In this document: positions 1-9,294 of the stretch, in pieces
How the letters are laid out: each line of letters starts with the position of its first letter
Numbering within the stretch: the first letter of the stretch is position 1
NCBI GenBank assembly: GCA_022601195.1
Contig: JAHZIX010000006.1
Location: forward strand, 16,629 to 80,628
Source of the DNA: Deltaproteobacteria bacterium
GTDB lineage: Bacteria > Acidobacteriota > Thermoanaerobaculia > Multivoradales > JAHZIX01
Direction of reading: 5' to 3'
DNA length: 64,000 nt
Notes under the pieces: model-generated
The model's database searches: none
What the model saw: only the letters and a program-made list of their open reading frames with translations
What the model was told of the DNA's origin: nothing
Position numbers and translations under genes: made by a program

Positions 1-478
1 GATGCCAGGAAACTAGGATGACCCGAGTAGCCCGGCGGGCGACTCTCCGACTTGCCGTGCGCAGTAGGCGACCCTTGAGGGTGTAGCCCCCCCCCTCGCC
101 GACGATGCCGTGAAGGTCGCTGCCATGAAAGGTCACCACGAGGGGAGTCTCGGTCTTTCCAACCACCAACCCACTCTGACCGAATTGGGCGTGAATCAGA
201 TCGAAAGATTCCAAGTCCCAGCGCTGGCGAAGCTGCCGACGGGCTCGGTTGTAGTTGGCCGGGTTGTTGGCTCCTCGAAAGGGGAAGACCTCGACGGCGA
301 TTCCTGCTTCACGGAGGGCGGCCACTTGCTCTACCAAAAAGGGGACGAAGGTCGGGTTTTCGGGAGTCGGCCATTCGCTGGTTACCACGAGTACCTTGAG
401 GGGGGGGCCGGGCGTCGTTTTCCCTGAGTTAAGGGGCGAAGGGACCCCTCCCTGTTGTCGGGTGCTCACCTTCTTCAT
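1..478 (-). CDS. Glycosyltransferase family 4 (GT4), N-terminal part; gene continues beyond window start
   Basis: Manual translation of the minus strand from ATG (complement of 476-478) runs stop-free to position 1. It starts MKKVSTRQQ...LKVLVVTSEWPTPENPTFVPFLVEQVAALREAGIAVEVF...LIHAQFGQSGLVVGKTETPLVVTFHGSDLHGIV, typical of a Glyco_trans_4-like N-domain. The ATG overlaps the stop of the upstream gene (ATGA-type coupling). It is absent from the ORF track because it runs off the window edge. Confidence 0.65.
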   Translation of the reverse strand, partial: MKKVSTRQQGGVPSPLNSGKTTPGPPLKVLVVTSEWPTPENPTFVPFLVEQVAALREAGIAVEVFPFRGANNPANYNRARRQLRQRWDLESFDLIHAQFGQSGLVVGKTETPLVVTFHGSDLHGIVGEGGGYTLKGRLLRTASRRVARRATRVILVSWH

Positions 479-1980
479 AGTCGTCGAGCCTCGCGGAGCG
501 GTGAAGGCACCGCCGCTGGCCATTGTGGGGGCGGAGCGCCGCCGCTAGGGGAAGGGTGTTTCCCCAAGGCCCTCGGAGGCGAAGGCCTGGTGCTCGGTCG
601 TCTTATGGGGCTGACTTCTGCCAGCATCAGGGCGGTAGCTAACCCAAAAGTGAAGGATGGCGCTGCCAAGCGAGTGGCGGAATGAAATAGGTAAAGCAGC
701 GCCCAGGCGATCATCGTGGCGCGAAAGGCCCGGGTCAACGGTGGAGCTTTCTTGGCGAGGAATTTCACGCTCATACCGAGCAGCAACAGTAGAGACAGCA
801 GGCCCAAGCTACCGTGCTCGGCGAGCATTCGGGTGTATTCCGTGTGGGCGCTGGAGAGCCGAAAGAAAATCTCATGGTACTCCGCAGCGTAGCCGGGACC
901 TACTCCGAGGATAGGGTTCTCCCTGAAGGCGAGCAAATCCCCTTGAATGATTCGGTCTCGTCCGGTGAGAGAGGGATCCGAGAATCGCTTGCCGAGATTC
1001 CCTCCGGTCATGGCGTCGAGGGCGGGAAAGAGAAGGTAGAGACCCACGGCGCCAGCGAGAGCTCCACGAATCACCGCACCGCCGCGACTTCGTCGGTCGC
1101 CGAGGAGGAAGAATCCCCCCACCGCCAAGGCGCCTAGGCAGTTGGCTAAACCGCCACGAGAGAAGGTCAGAACACTCTGACCGAGCAGCCACAGGGCAAC
1201 GATCAACAAAGACCAGTAAAGGAGCTTACGTTGTCGTTCGATGAAGGCATAAAACAGGGCGAATACTGCCCCTAAGCCGAGGGCCGCGGACACCTGGTTG
1301 GGGCCAATTCCTGCGGAGGTGATCTTGGTAGAGCCGGTGAAGTGTAAGTCGGCGGCGGAGAAGGTCGAGAACGTCGAAATAGCTGCCAGACCGAGAATCG
1401 GCGCGACCAAGGCAAAGCAGAGGTTGCGAAAGACGCTTTGGGATAGACGGAGGCAGGAGAAAAGCGCAACGCAAACTGCCAGAGCGAAGGGGCCACTTAG
1501 GTTCTTGGCGATTAGCTGACGATCAATACCCGGCATGACGGCGATGCTCGGAAGGAGCAGAGCGAAATAGATGACTGGAGTTCTCGGAATTCGTTTGTGC
1601 AGGGAGAAACGGAAGATGAGGATCATCGCCATGAGGCAGATGGAGTACTTGCCGGATTCCCACAGAATCTTTGCTCCGGTGCCTCGCCATAAAATTTCGG
1701 CGCCAACAATGTAGCCCATCACGGGGATGACCCGATTGGGATTGCGATCCTTCATGGCGAAGAACAATCCCAGGCCAAAGGTAGCCAGGGCGTGACCAGT
1801 AGAGATCAGGGAGCTGGCCCGGATCGCTACCGCGAGGGGAATGTGAGCGGCGAGGAAGGCCAGAACTTTGAAGGTCAGGAGGGGATCTTCTCGTGGAGGT
1901 GCCTGAGCCGATGCAGCAGAATTTCGGCCAGGGCGCTTTGGGGAGACTCTCACCAACGCATTTCTAGCGGGTGTCGTCAT
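475..1980 (-). CDS. O-antigen ligase / Wzy_C-family membrane protein (polymerase or ligase)
   Basis: 501-aa polytopic membrane protein. It carries Wzy_C-like motifs TFSRGGLANCLGAL, ENPILGVGPGYAAEY and SAHTEYTRMLAEHGSLG, plus a low-complexity Pro/Arg-rich C-terminal tail. Confidence 0.7.
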   Translation of the reverse strand: MTTPARNALVRVSPKRPGRNSAASAQAPPREDPLLTFKVLAFLAAHIPLAVAIRASSLISTGHALATFGLGLFFAMKDRNPNRVIPVMGYIVGAEILWRGTGAKILWESGKYSICLMAMILIFRFSLHKRIPRTPVIYFALLLPSIAVMPGIDRQLIAKNLSGPFALAVCVALFSCLRLSQSVFRNLCFALVAPILGLAAISTFSTFSAADLHFTGSTKITSAGIGPNQVSAALGLGAVFALFYAFIERQRKLLYWSLLIVALWLLGQSVLTFSRGGLANCLGALAVGGFFLLGDRRSRGGAVIRGALAGAVGLYLLFPALDAMTGGNLGKRFSDPSLTGRDRIIQGDLLAFRENPILGVGPGYAAEYHEIFFRLSSAHTEYTRMLAEHGSLGLLSLLLLLGMSVKFLAKKAPPLTRAFRATMIAWALLYLFHSATRLAAPSFTFGLATALMLAEVSPIRRPSTRPSPPRALGKHPSPSGGAPPPQWPAAVPSPLREARRL

Positions 1981-3040
1981 TGTCGCTATCCCCTAGACCC
2001 CAATGATGATTGGCTCCATCCAAGGCGCTCATGACATCGGTGGATTCACTACTCCAGCAAAACCGGCTCGTGGCCCGAAAAAAGAAGCCGTAATTCCGCA
2101 GGCGAGCCACCGAGGCAGGCCTCGACACCAGAATCGTTACCTGGTGGGCTCCCCTCTGTGCTGCCGCAGCGCTGGCCAGGCGAATCACGTCCTCCACATC
2201 CCTTTCCTGTTCCAAATTTCCAAAAAGGTCGAGTATTCGCACTCCAGGGCTGCCGACCTTGAGGTCTTGGCCCTCAGGCCAGTGGCGGCAAATCAATCCT
2301 ACCTCCGGGGCCGATGAAGGACCCGCCACGTAGAATTCTAGCTGATCTCGAAACGGCATTTCGAGATAGCGCCATTGGAAGAAATCAGCGTCCCTTAGGG
2401 TGGTTACTTGGTCCCGAGAAGTGCCTCTCGCTGCGATCGCCGCGAGCTCTGTACCAGTGGGTCGCTCGAGACGACGGGCTGTCTTGGGGCGGTAGCGAGC
2501 AACGTAGCCTCGCCACAGGCCTGCTGCGGGTCTCGCCAACCTCGAGGCTAGGCGTAGCGCTCGGCCCCGCCAACCGCTCGCGGTGGCGATTGCATTGAGG
2601 CGAGGAGGATCTAAGGGAAGAAGGAGAGTCTTCAAATCCTCTCTGACTCCCCAGCCATGCTTGCGGTGAATGCGTGCCGCCAATTCGTTGGGAAAACCGA
2701 GCAGCAACGGAGCCCGCCGCCGGACTTCCACATCGAAGAGAGTCTGCAGACCTCGGCCACGAAACGCTGGTGCCACCACTAGGTCCATCCACCACAGGGC
2801 GGGTATTCGTTGGTCGCCGACAACACATTCGATCGGAGTCACGGCGCAGTAGGCGGCGATCTCTTCCTCCACCTGAATGACCCAACGATTCCCTTCGCCC
2901 CGATGCCACCAGCTGCCATGGTGATGTAGGAACTCTGCCTTCTGAGGGCCGAAGGAGGCTTCTAAGAATGAGCGCAGTCGATCCGGTGAGACTTCTTCGG
3001 CAGTGCGCAGGAGGGGCTCTGGGGAATTCTGAGGGCTCAT
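1964..3040 (-). CDS. GNAT/FemAB(CelD/BioF2)-like acyltransferase
   Basis: GNAT motif A-like LVVAPAFRGRGLQTLF around residue 90. At 358 aa it is larger than a single GNAT domain, suggesting a FemAB/CelD-like two-lobe acyltransferase. Confidence 0.5.
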   Translation of the reverse strand: MSPQNSPEPLLRTAEEVSPDRLRSFLEASFGPQKAEFLHHHGSWWHRGEGNRWVIQVEEEIAAYCAVTPIECVVGDQRIPALWWMDLVVAPAFRGRGLQTLFDVEVRRRAPLLLGFPNELAARIHRKHGWGVREDLKTLLLPLDPPRLNAIATASGWRGRALRLASRLARPAAGLWRGYVARYRPKTARRLERPTGTELAAIAARGTSRDQVTTLRDADFFQWRYLEMPFRDQLEFYVAGPSSAPEVGLICRHWPEGQDLKVGSPGVRILDLFGNLEQERDVEDVIRLASAAAAQRGAHQVTILVSRPASVARLRNYGFFFRATSRFCWSSESTDVMSALDGANHHWGLGDSDNDDTR

Positions 3041-4236
3041 GGGATAGGCCTCGAGTCGATCTCTCTGGGCTCTTTCCCGAGGGCCTGTTCGTAGAGCTTC
3101 CCGAGGCGACTGGCAATGACTGCGCAGCCATGCTCTTGGCGAGCTAGGCGGAGCCCTTCCTGGCCCATGCGGCGCCGGAGCTCTTCATCGTCCAAGAGCT
3201 GGCCGACCGCAGCGGCGAAGCCAGCTTCATCGCCGGGTTCCACCAACAGGCCGCTGGTTCCATGGCGTACCACTTCAGGAACACCTCCAACGCGCACGGC
3301 CACAGTCGGTCTACCGGCAGCCATGGCCTCGAGGAGCGCATTGGGCATGCCTTCACTGTGGGAAGTGAGGCAAACCACCGCTAGTCTCGGCAGGAGTTGG
3401 GGTACGTCGGAGCGAAACCCCAGCATCTTGACCCGTTTCCCTAATCCAAGCCGGTTGATCTCTTGTTCCAAGCGCTGCGGCATATCCGGTTCACTGGCGA
3501 TCGGTTGGCCGATCAACACCGCCTTTGCTTCCGGTCGGTGAGGTAGGAGGCGAGCCATCGCTCGGAGAAAAAAGAGCTGGTTCTTCACTCGGCGAAGATT
3601 GCCGACGATCCCCACCAGAAGGTCATTGGCAGCGATCCCGGCAGCGGAGAGATCCACCGGCAGGTTCTCCTCCGCTCGTTCCACACAGTTGGGCAGCACG
3701 AGCAGCTTTCTTGCCGGCACTCCGGCTGCCTCTAGCTGGTCCCGCAGGGCGTGACAGTTGCTGATCTGGGCGGAGACCGAGTGGAGAGCGAGGGCTCGCA
3801 GCAGCCACGGAAGGCGCTGTAGCCCCGGTGAGAGCAGAGAACCTCTTAGAGAGCCCCAACGCACCGGGCAGCCGGCGAGCCGGCCGATGACTCCCGAGTA
3901 GGGATTGTCATGGAAACTCCAGGAGTGGACAACCTGGGGATGTAACTGACGAAACAATCGAAACAGAAACGCCGATCGCCGGGGGACTCCTCGACAGGAG
4001 GGGGGCACCGTCCAAACACGAATTCCTAGGGAGGCCAGCTCATCGTCGTAGACCACGTTCTGGCTCTGATTGAAAACGACGACATGGTTTTCGAAGCGCT
4101 GCCGATCTAGGTGTTTGAGGGCCAGGAATAACTGCCGTTCCGTGCCTCCCAACCCAAGATGGTTGACCAGGTGGAGCAGGCGAATTCGATGGCTACCAGG
4201 ATTCTCGAGGGGTGCCGTTTCGAGGGTAGCTCCCAT
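3037..4236 (-). CDS. Glycosyltransferase family 4
   Basis: C-terminal GT1/GT4 signature SEGMPNALLEAMAAGRPTVAVRVGGVPEVV. The probable start is internal, at Met25 (MGATLETAPLENPGSHRIRLLHLVNHLGLGGTE), sharing one base with the stop of the upstream gene (TAATG). The full ORF extends to 4308. Confidence 0.85.
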   Translation of the reverse strand: MGATLETAPLENPGSHRIRLLHLVNHLGLGGTERQLFLALKHLDRQRFENHVVVFNQSQNVVYDDELASLGIRVWTVPPSCRGVPRRSAFLFRLFRQLHPQVVHSWSFHDNPYSGVIGRLAGCPVRWGSLRGSLLSPGLQRLPWLLRALALHSVSAQISNCHALRDQLEAAGVPARKLLVLPNCVERAEENLPVDLSAAGIAANDLLVGIVGNLRRVKNQLFFLRAMARLLPHRPEAKAVLIGQPIASEPDMPQRLEQEINRLGLGKRVKMLGFRSDVPQLLPRLAVVCLTSHSEGMPNALLEAMAAGRPTVAVRVGGVPEVVRHGTSGLLVEPGDEAGFAAAVGQLLDDEELRRRMGQEGLRLARQEHGCAVIASRLGKLYEQALGKEPREIDSRPIP

Positions 4237-5051
4237 TAGAGGTCTCCCCTTCGCAAGGGGCGGCGGTGGAGTCCGCAGAGTTTGGCGCTGAGGTAGTCCG
4301 GGCGCCAATTGTACAGGCCGACGCGGGGGATCTCGAATCGGGGAATACCGAAGCGAAGAGAGTCCTCCGCAAAGGCGGCCTGGTAGCCGGCGGCGCGAAC
4401 AGCCTTAGCGACGCAGAGGTCATAGTCCCCCGAAGGGTAGGCAAATAGATCGACCTTCTGGCCACTGACCTCTTCGAGGAATCCCTTGGAGCGGAGTAGC
4501 TCGGATTCGAGGCTGGAGCGATCGCAGGTAGAGAGTCGGGGGTGGCTCTCGGTATGGCCGCCTAGGGTGATCAAAGGGCTTTTGGCGCAGGCCTCTAGCT
4601 GCTCCCGGGACATACCAGCGAAAAGGTCCGTGGCGACTTCCTGCGGCAGGGGACCGCAGGCCTCCTCTTGGCTGCGGCTGGTGTGAAGGCGCTGGCTCGG
4701 TTCTCCCACATGACCGGTGGCGACGAAGAAGACGGCTGGGGCCCCCGCTTCTTCCAATATCGGTAAGGCGTTCTCGGCATTGTTTGCCAGACCGTCATCG
4801 AAGGTCAGAAGAACGCTCCTTGGAGGGGGGCCGCCGGGCTCTAGGAAAGCCTCCGGAGGAAGAAATTGGTAGCGTTCTCCCAACCACCGAAGAATACGCT
4901 GCAGCTCTTCCGCGGAGAGGTAGGAAACGGCTCCAGAGGGGAGTTCCGGATAGCGCTGCCGAGCAATGCCATGGAACTCCAGCACGAAGCTACCGTTGCC
5001 TACTAAGAAGCGGCGGCACAGTTCGGTGAAAGGCAGGCGCCAACTAGACAT
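4236..5051 (-). CDS. Polysaccharide deacetylase (CE4 / NodB homology)
   Basis: LLTFDDGLANNAENALPILEEAGAPAVFFVATGHV is the classic NodB motif 1-2 region. The ORF track offers a TTG start at 5132, but the more likely start is ATG (MSSWRL) at about 5051, just past the stop of the upstream GT4. Confidence 0.8.
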   Translation of the reverse strand: MSSWRLPFTELCRRFLVGNGSFVLEFHGIARQRYPELPSGAVSYLSAEELQRILRWLGERYQFLPPEAFLEPGGPPPRSVLLTFDDGLANNAENALPILEEAGAPAVFFVATGHVGEPSQRLHTSRSQEEACGPLPQEVATDLFAGMSREQLEACAKSPLITLGGHTESHPRLSTCDRSSLESELLRSKGFLEEVSGQKVDLFAYPSGDYDLCVAKAVRAAGYQAAFAEDSLRFGIPRFEIPRVGLYNWRPDYLSAKLCGLHRRPLRRGDL

Positions 5052-6249
5052 GCTCGGCTTCCTGCTGCAGGTCTTCGGTGGTGAGCTGTGCTTTCCGCCG
5101 CCACTTCCAAGCAGCGAAGAGGCTCTCTCCAATGAGGTCTTGCCATCCTTCCAGGGTGTAGCGTTGGGCAGTCTTCCGAGCCTGAGAAGAGATCCTCCCT
5201 AGCCGCTCAGGGTCTGCCGTCAGTGACAGCACCGCATTGGCCACCTGCTTGCCTTCCGGGGCTTCCAAGAGAGCGCCGCAACCCTCTTCCAATAGAAGGC
5301 GAAGGACCGACACCGGCGGAGCGACAACCGGCAGGCCACAAGCCAGGGCTTCAAGAGCAGCTTTGGGGAACCCTTCCGCGGTGCGAGTGGGGAAGAGAAA
5401 GATATGGCTACGGCACAGGGCGTCGAGGACCCCCGGGTGGCTGAGGTTGCCGTGGAAGGTCACCGCATCCAGGAGGTCCAGATCCTTTGCCATGGATTCC
5501 AGCTCGGCACGGCAAGGGCCCGCTCCGACGACTTCCAGGTGAGCCTCTGGGTAGTGGTTCCGGATGAGGGACAGAGCGGAGAGGCAGGCGCGGGTGTTCT
5601 TGCCGCGGCTCAAGCGACCGACCGTGACCAACCTCAGCGGTCGCCCCGGTTGCCAAGGCGAAGAGATCGGAATCTCGTTCATTTCTTTCCGGCTGAGAGA
5701 CGTGGAGAAGATCCATTGAACAGCAGGGTAGCGCGGCTCCGGTGGCGCGGCGTCGCCTCCCGTGGCGAGCACGACGTTTCTTCCTCCCGCAATGCGAGGT
5801 AGCAGCCAGGCGAGGAAGCGGTCGGCGAGGGTGGTGCGGTTCCCCCAGGTGCCGCAATGGCGCACCAGAAGGGGTTTTTTTCTGATCAGGGCGAGCAGCA
5901 GACCCAGAGTCCCTAGATCTCCCGGTACCGCCGCGTGCACCGCGTCGGCGTGGCCCACTTGGCGCCAGAGGTTTGGCAAATGACGGGGAAACCAGATCAG
6001 CAGAGCGAGTTTCCGCCGCAGGCCGAGGCCCGGTGGTTCCGGTAGGGGGGAGACCCGAAGCTCATGTCCGGCTAGGGGAGTCAGGCCCTTCGGTGCCGGG
6101 CTCCGCCGATGGGGGAGCAATAGGGTCGTCTTTTCGAAGAGCTGGGAGAGTGCTCCCATTTGAAAGGGGAAGCCACCATCCGTGGCGAAACCACTCGCTG
6201 CTTCCGCAGAGGGCCAGCAAGGCTTGTGGGAAAGGACGAGCAATTCCAT
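5044..6249 (-). CDS. Glycosyltransferase family 4
   Basis: 401 aa with the retaining GT-B C-domain signature FPTRTAEGFPKAALEALACGLPVVA. Confidence 0.85.
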   Translation of the reverse strand: MELLVLSHKPCWPSAEAASGFATDGGFPFQMGALSQLFEKTTLLLPHRRSPAPKGLTPLAGHELRVSPLPEPPGLGLRRKLALLIWFPRHLPNLWRQVGHADAVHAAVPGDLGTLGLLLALIRKKPLLVRHCGTWGNRTTLADRFLAWLLPRIAGGRNVVLATGGDAAPPEPRYPAVQWIFSTSLSRKEMNEIPISSPWQPGRPLRLVTVGRLSRGKNTRACLSALSLIRNHYPEAHLEVVGAGPCRAELESMAKDLDLLDAVTFHGNLSHPGVLDALCRSHIFLFPTRTAEGFPKAALEALACGLPVVAPPVSVLRLLLEEGCGALLEAPEGKQVANAVLSLTADPERLGRISSQARKTAQRYTLEGWQDLIGESLFAAWKWRRKAQLTTEDLQQEAEHV

Positions 6250-6264
6250 GGAGAGCTGAGAATC

Positions 6265-6897
6265 CTAACGGGGTAGAGAGTCGATGGTGGAGTAGACCTC
6301 TTCTTTCCGATAGATCTTCAGCCAACTGTCCTTCTGTTGGTCGTAGTCCTCCCACTCCAGCTCTGGATCCATGGGGTCAATATTGGTGGGCGGAAAGGGG
6401 AAGCCTTCCGGTCGCTGCCCCTTGCGGACCAGACCACAACCTCGGTTGGTGTTGAACAGCCAAGTGGTGAGATCCGGGTCTTGGCTGATCTTGAGGTAAG
6501 CCCGCCACACGTCTCCCGTCCAGGAACTCTGCATCCGCGGGACGATCTGCTGCTCCCGGGTACTGGGAATGCAATCGTGGACCAGAATCGCGCCTCCGGG
6601 ATTCAGCACCTCGAGGGAATTGCGAATGTCTTTGTAGGCTTGGTCCGCATGGTGCAAACCATCGACAAAGATCAAGTCGAAAGTGCGCTGGTTCCGTTCG
6701 AAAAAGCGGTCCGAAGTGATCTTTTTGATCTCGCGGCGGAAGATGTACCAACGCCGCCAAGCGGGATCGACACCCAATTTGTCTTCTACCTGGACGTTGC
6801 GAAAACTACTGCCCCCGGCAACTCCGATCTCCAGGTAAGAGCGATAGCCAAAGCGTGCTGCCAGGCGGTTCAAAATGTCGACGCGGTTGATTTTCAT
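6265..6897 (-). CDS. Class I SAM-dependent methyltransferase (CmcI/TylF-like sugar O-methyltransferase)
   Basis: YLEIGVAGGSS (motif I) followed by DLIFVDGLHHADQAYKDIRNSLEVLNPGGAILVHD, as in Methyltransf_24/CmcI-type O-methyltransferases. Confidence 0.75.
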   Translation of the reverse strand: MKINRVDILNRLAARFGYRSYLEIGVAGGSSFRNVQVEDKLGVDPAWRRWYIFRREIKKITSDRFFERNQRTFDLIFVDGLHHADQAYKDIRNSLEVLNPGGAILVHDCIPSTREQQIVPRMQSSWTGDVWRAYLKISQDPDLTTWLFNTNRGCGLVRKGQRPEGFPFPPTNIDPMDPELEWEDYDQQKDSWLKIYRKEEVYSTIDSLPR

Positions 6898-7973
6898 CCT
6901 ACGGTTTTCCTTCCCGCTGAGAGGGTGCTGAGCACGACCCGTTGCGGGGCCAGATGATCCAAATAGTATTTGCGGGCATTGGTTTGTAGATGCCGTCGGT
7001 AGTCCGCATCGTTGCAGAGCTTGTCGACGGCTCCTCTAATCGCTTCTTGGGAGCCATCTACGAAGTGTACCTGCTTCCCGTGGTCTAGGGGAGCTGGCAT
7101 GGCTCGAGATAGGGGGGTGGAAATGATCGCTTTGCCCAAGGCCAGGAATTCAGCCAGCTTCCAACCGTGACAGGAGGAGACCGCCGGGGTATTGAACACC
7201 AAGAGGGAGCGCTGAGTCTTGGTGAAGTACTCGGCCGTTGGGTACTTTCTGTCGATGGTTTCCGGGGCGTATTCCGGAAATTCTCCCTTAGGTCGAGGCA
7301 CGAACCCTCCTTCGAAGTGGAGATCCGCCACGGAGCGACAAGCCCGAATGTAGTTGGCCCGGAATTGGTTGGTGGTCGGGTTGCGTTGCCAGAGTCGAGA
7401 GGCGAAGAATAGGTAATCCGACTCGGGCTCCTGGGGTCGGTAGGCCGAAAGGGGCATACGGTATTTGTATTGGCGCCGGTAGTTGGCAAGATGCTCCCGC
7501 ACTCGCTCCACCTGACCCCGGCAGAGGGCGAAGCTCTTGAGGGCACGGAAGGCGGCCGCCAAAGGAGACCATCGTCGAACGGGGAAGCTCGGTCCGATGG
7601 CTAACAGACGGCTGCGCAACTCTAAGGGAGGAGCGTCTGGGCCCAAGACTTCATCCAGGTCAAGGGCCAGGTTAGCCTTGGCGTAAACGTCGCACCACTC
7701 GAGGCCTCGAGGGTTGATGCCGGGGCCATCCGAGGCGGAAATGTAGATTCGGATCGGTCTTTGCCCCCCTGCATCTACCTCGAAGGCTAGGCAGTGATGT
7801 CCGAATCTTGGGAAACTCCTCGTCGTCCAGGCGAGGTTGCCCCGACCGAAGGCTTGCTCCAATCCCTGAAGGTAAAAGGAGTAGTACAAGGCGTTGAAAC
7901 CGGGGTAGAGGCGGACGACCCGTCGGCCTCGGGAGGCTACGGGGGCCGAAGGGCTTGCAGGTACCGAATTCAC
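6894..7973 (-). CDS. Putative GT-B-fold glycosyltransferase (CgeB/DUF3880-like C-domain); function uncertain
   Basis: C-terminal LVFNTPAVSSCHGWKLAEFLALGKAIISTPL...HFVDGSQEAIRGAVDKLCNDADYRRHLQTNARKY resembles Glyco_trans_1_2-type C-domains. The N-terminal half has no motif I recognise. It overlaps the downstream MTase by 4 nt. Confidence 0.4.
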   Translation of the reverse strand: MNSVPASPSAPVASRGRRVVRLYPGFNALYYSFYLQGLEQAFGRGNLAWTTRSFPRFGHHCLAFEVDAGGQRPIRIYISASDGPGINPRGLEWCDVYAKANLALDLDEVLGPDAPPLELRSRLLAIGPSFPVRRWSPLAAAFRALKSFALCRGQVERVREHLANYRRQYKYRMPLSAYRPQEPESDYLFFASRLWQRNPTTNQFRANYIRACRSVADLHFEGGFVPRPKGEFPEYAPETIDRKYPTAEYFTKTQRSLLVFNTPAVSSCHGWKLAEFLALGKAIISTPLSRAMPAPLDHGKQVHFVDGSQEAIRGAVDKLCNDADYRRHLQTNARKYYLDHLAPQRVVLSTLSAGRKTVG

Positions 7974-8022
7974 CAGAGTTTTTCCTGCCCATCGATGCTC
8001 GAGGCCGTTCTTCCAGCCAGCT

Positions 8023-9294
8023 TCACGACTTCCAGACTCCTTTGCGCTGCTTCTGCCACTGGAGTAGCTCTTGCGTCAGGCGGCCGTAGGTGGCCTCGAA
8101 GGAGTATCGCTGGGCCACTTGTTGATGGGCCAGTTCTCCTTGTTGACGTCTTTGCATCGGGTCCTTGAGCAGCTCTAGGGCGCGCCGCGCCTGATTTTCC
8201 GGCTCGGATTCCAGAAAGATGCCCTGGCCGTCTCGAAGGTCCATGCCGGCGACGGCATCCTTAGAGGCGATCACCGGCAGGCCGAGAGCCATCACTTGAA
8301 CCAGGCGGCTTCGGAAACCATAGGTCCCTTGCCAGGGGCAAAGCACCAAGCTCATGGTGTTGAGAAGAGGCGGCGCGTCTTCCACGAATCCCGTCACGTG
8401 AACTCGGGAATCTGATTCCTCGAGGTTGCGAATCTCTGCGGGAGGGTTGGAGCCCACGATCCACAGCTCGGCTTCGGGCAGCTGCTGCCAGACCAACGGC
8501 ATGATCTTCTCGTAACAGCTGCGAGCATCTCGTTGATTGTGGACGCTGCCCAGGCCACCAAAGTAGGCCAGCCTCGGAGGCGAAGCGGGTTGCGGGTCGA
8601 AAGGCCATTCGCCGAGATCGATACCCATGGGAGCGTAAAAGACCTGCTGCTTGGGGCCGCAGTGTCGCCGCACGTAGGTGTCTTCCTCCGCATTGATGGA
8701 GATGAGGCCATCGAAGTCTCCCCAAGCCGCTTCTTCTCGCCTCCGATAGGCGGTGACCTTACGCCGACGCAGCCACGAGGGGAGCCGCGGTCGGGCTTCC
8801 AGCTGGCGCCCAAAGGACTGCCAAAGGAGGTTGTGCATATCGAGTACCGAAGGCACCCCTCGTCGCCGGAGGGCTGCGGCAGCGCGGTGAGAATGCCAGT
8901 ACTCGAAAAGAGCTAGGTCGTAGGCTTGAGGATCGATGGCTCCGAGCACTCGTTGGGGTGACAGCTCGAGCTCTCCCACCAGGTAGTTCGAAGTCTTCAA
9001 GGAACGAAGGGCGGCGTACCCCGCTGCCCGCACGCGGTGACTCCAGCGAGAAGCGGTACTTCGAGTGTAGAGGGACTCCATCACGACGGCATGATCGCAG
9101 AGCTCCTTGAGCTCCTGGCGCAAGCCCGGCCGTCGGCTGCTCTCCGCGAAAGTCAGAAAGGTCGTCTCGAAGCTCTCCCGGAGCGCCAAGAGTTTGTTGC
9201 GCACCCGTTCCCGTTGCCCAGCGACAGCTGGGAAGGGGAGAACCGCCGAGACGATCAGGATGCGCGGTCGCGACAATTTCACTTCTTCTCTCAA
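8023..9294 (-). CDS. Glycosyltransferase family 4
   Basis: 423 aa. The N-domain starts RILIVSAVLPFPAVAGQRER. The C-domain has FGGLGSVHNQRDARS...IVGSNP...LVLCPWQGTYGFRSRLVQVMALGLPVIAS, giving a GT4 architecture. Confidence 0.85.
   Translation of the reverse strand: MREEVKLSRPRILIVSAVLPFPAVAGQRERVRNKLLALRESFETTFLTFAESSRRPGLRQELKELCDHAVVMESLYTRSTASRWSHRVRAAGYAALRSLKTSNYLVGELELSPQRVLGAIDPQAYDLALFEYWHSHRAAAALRRRGVPSVLDMHNLLWQSFGRQLEARPRLPSWLRRRKVTAYRRREEAAWGDFDGLISINAEEDTYVRRHCGPKQQVFYAPMGIDLGEWPFDPQPASPPRLAYFGGLGSVHNQRDARSCYEKIMPLVWQQLPEAELWIVGSNPPAEIRNLEESDSRVHVTGFVEDAPPLLNTMSLVLCPWQGTYGFRSRLVQVMALGLPVIASKDAVAGMDLRDGQGIFLESEPENQARRALELLKDPMQRRQQGELAHQQVAQRYSFEATYGRLTQELLQWQKQRKGVWKS

Noticed and set aside
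5041-5100. Apparent 1-nt discrepancies between my character-level reading and the ORF-track translations around 5041 and 5098
   Set aside because: These are most likely my own transcription or counting error rather than real frameshifts, since the ORF-track proteins are continuous and family-consistent across these points. I used ORF-track coordinates and did not call pseudogenes.
6337-6957. 206-aa plus-strand ORF overlapping the CmcI-like methyltransferase
   Set aside because: It is an antisense shadow ORF of a motif-supported minus-strand gene. It has no recognisable family features.
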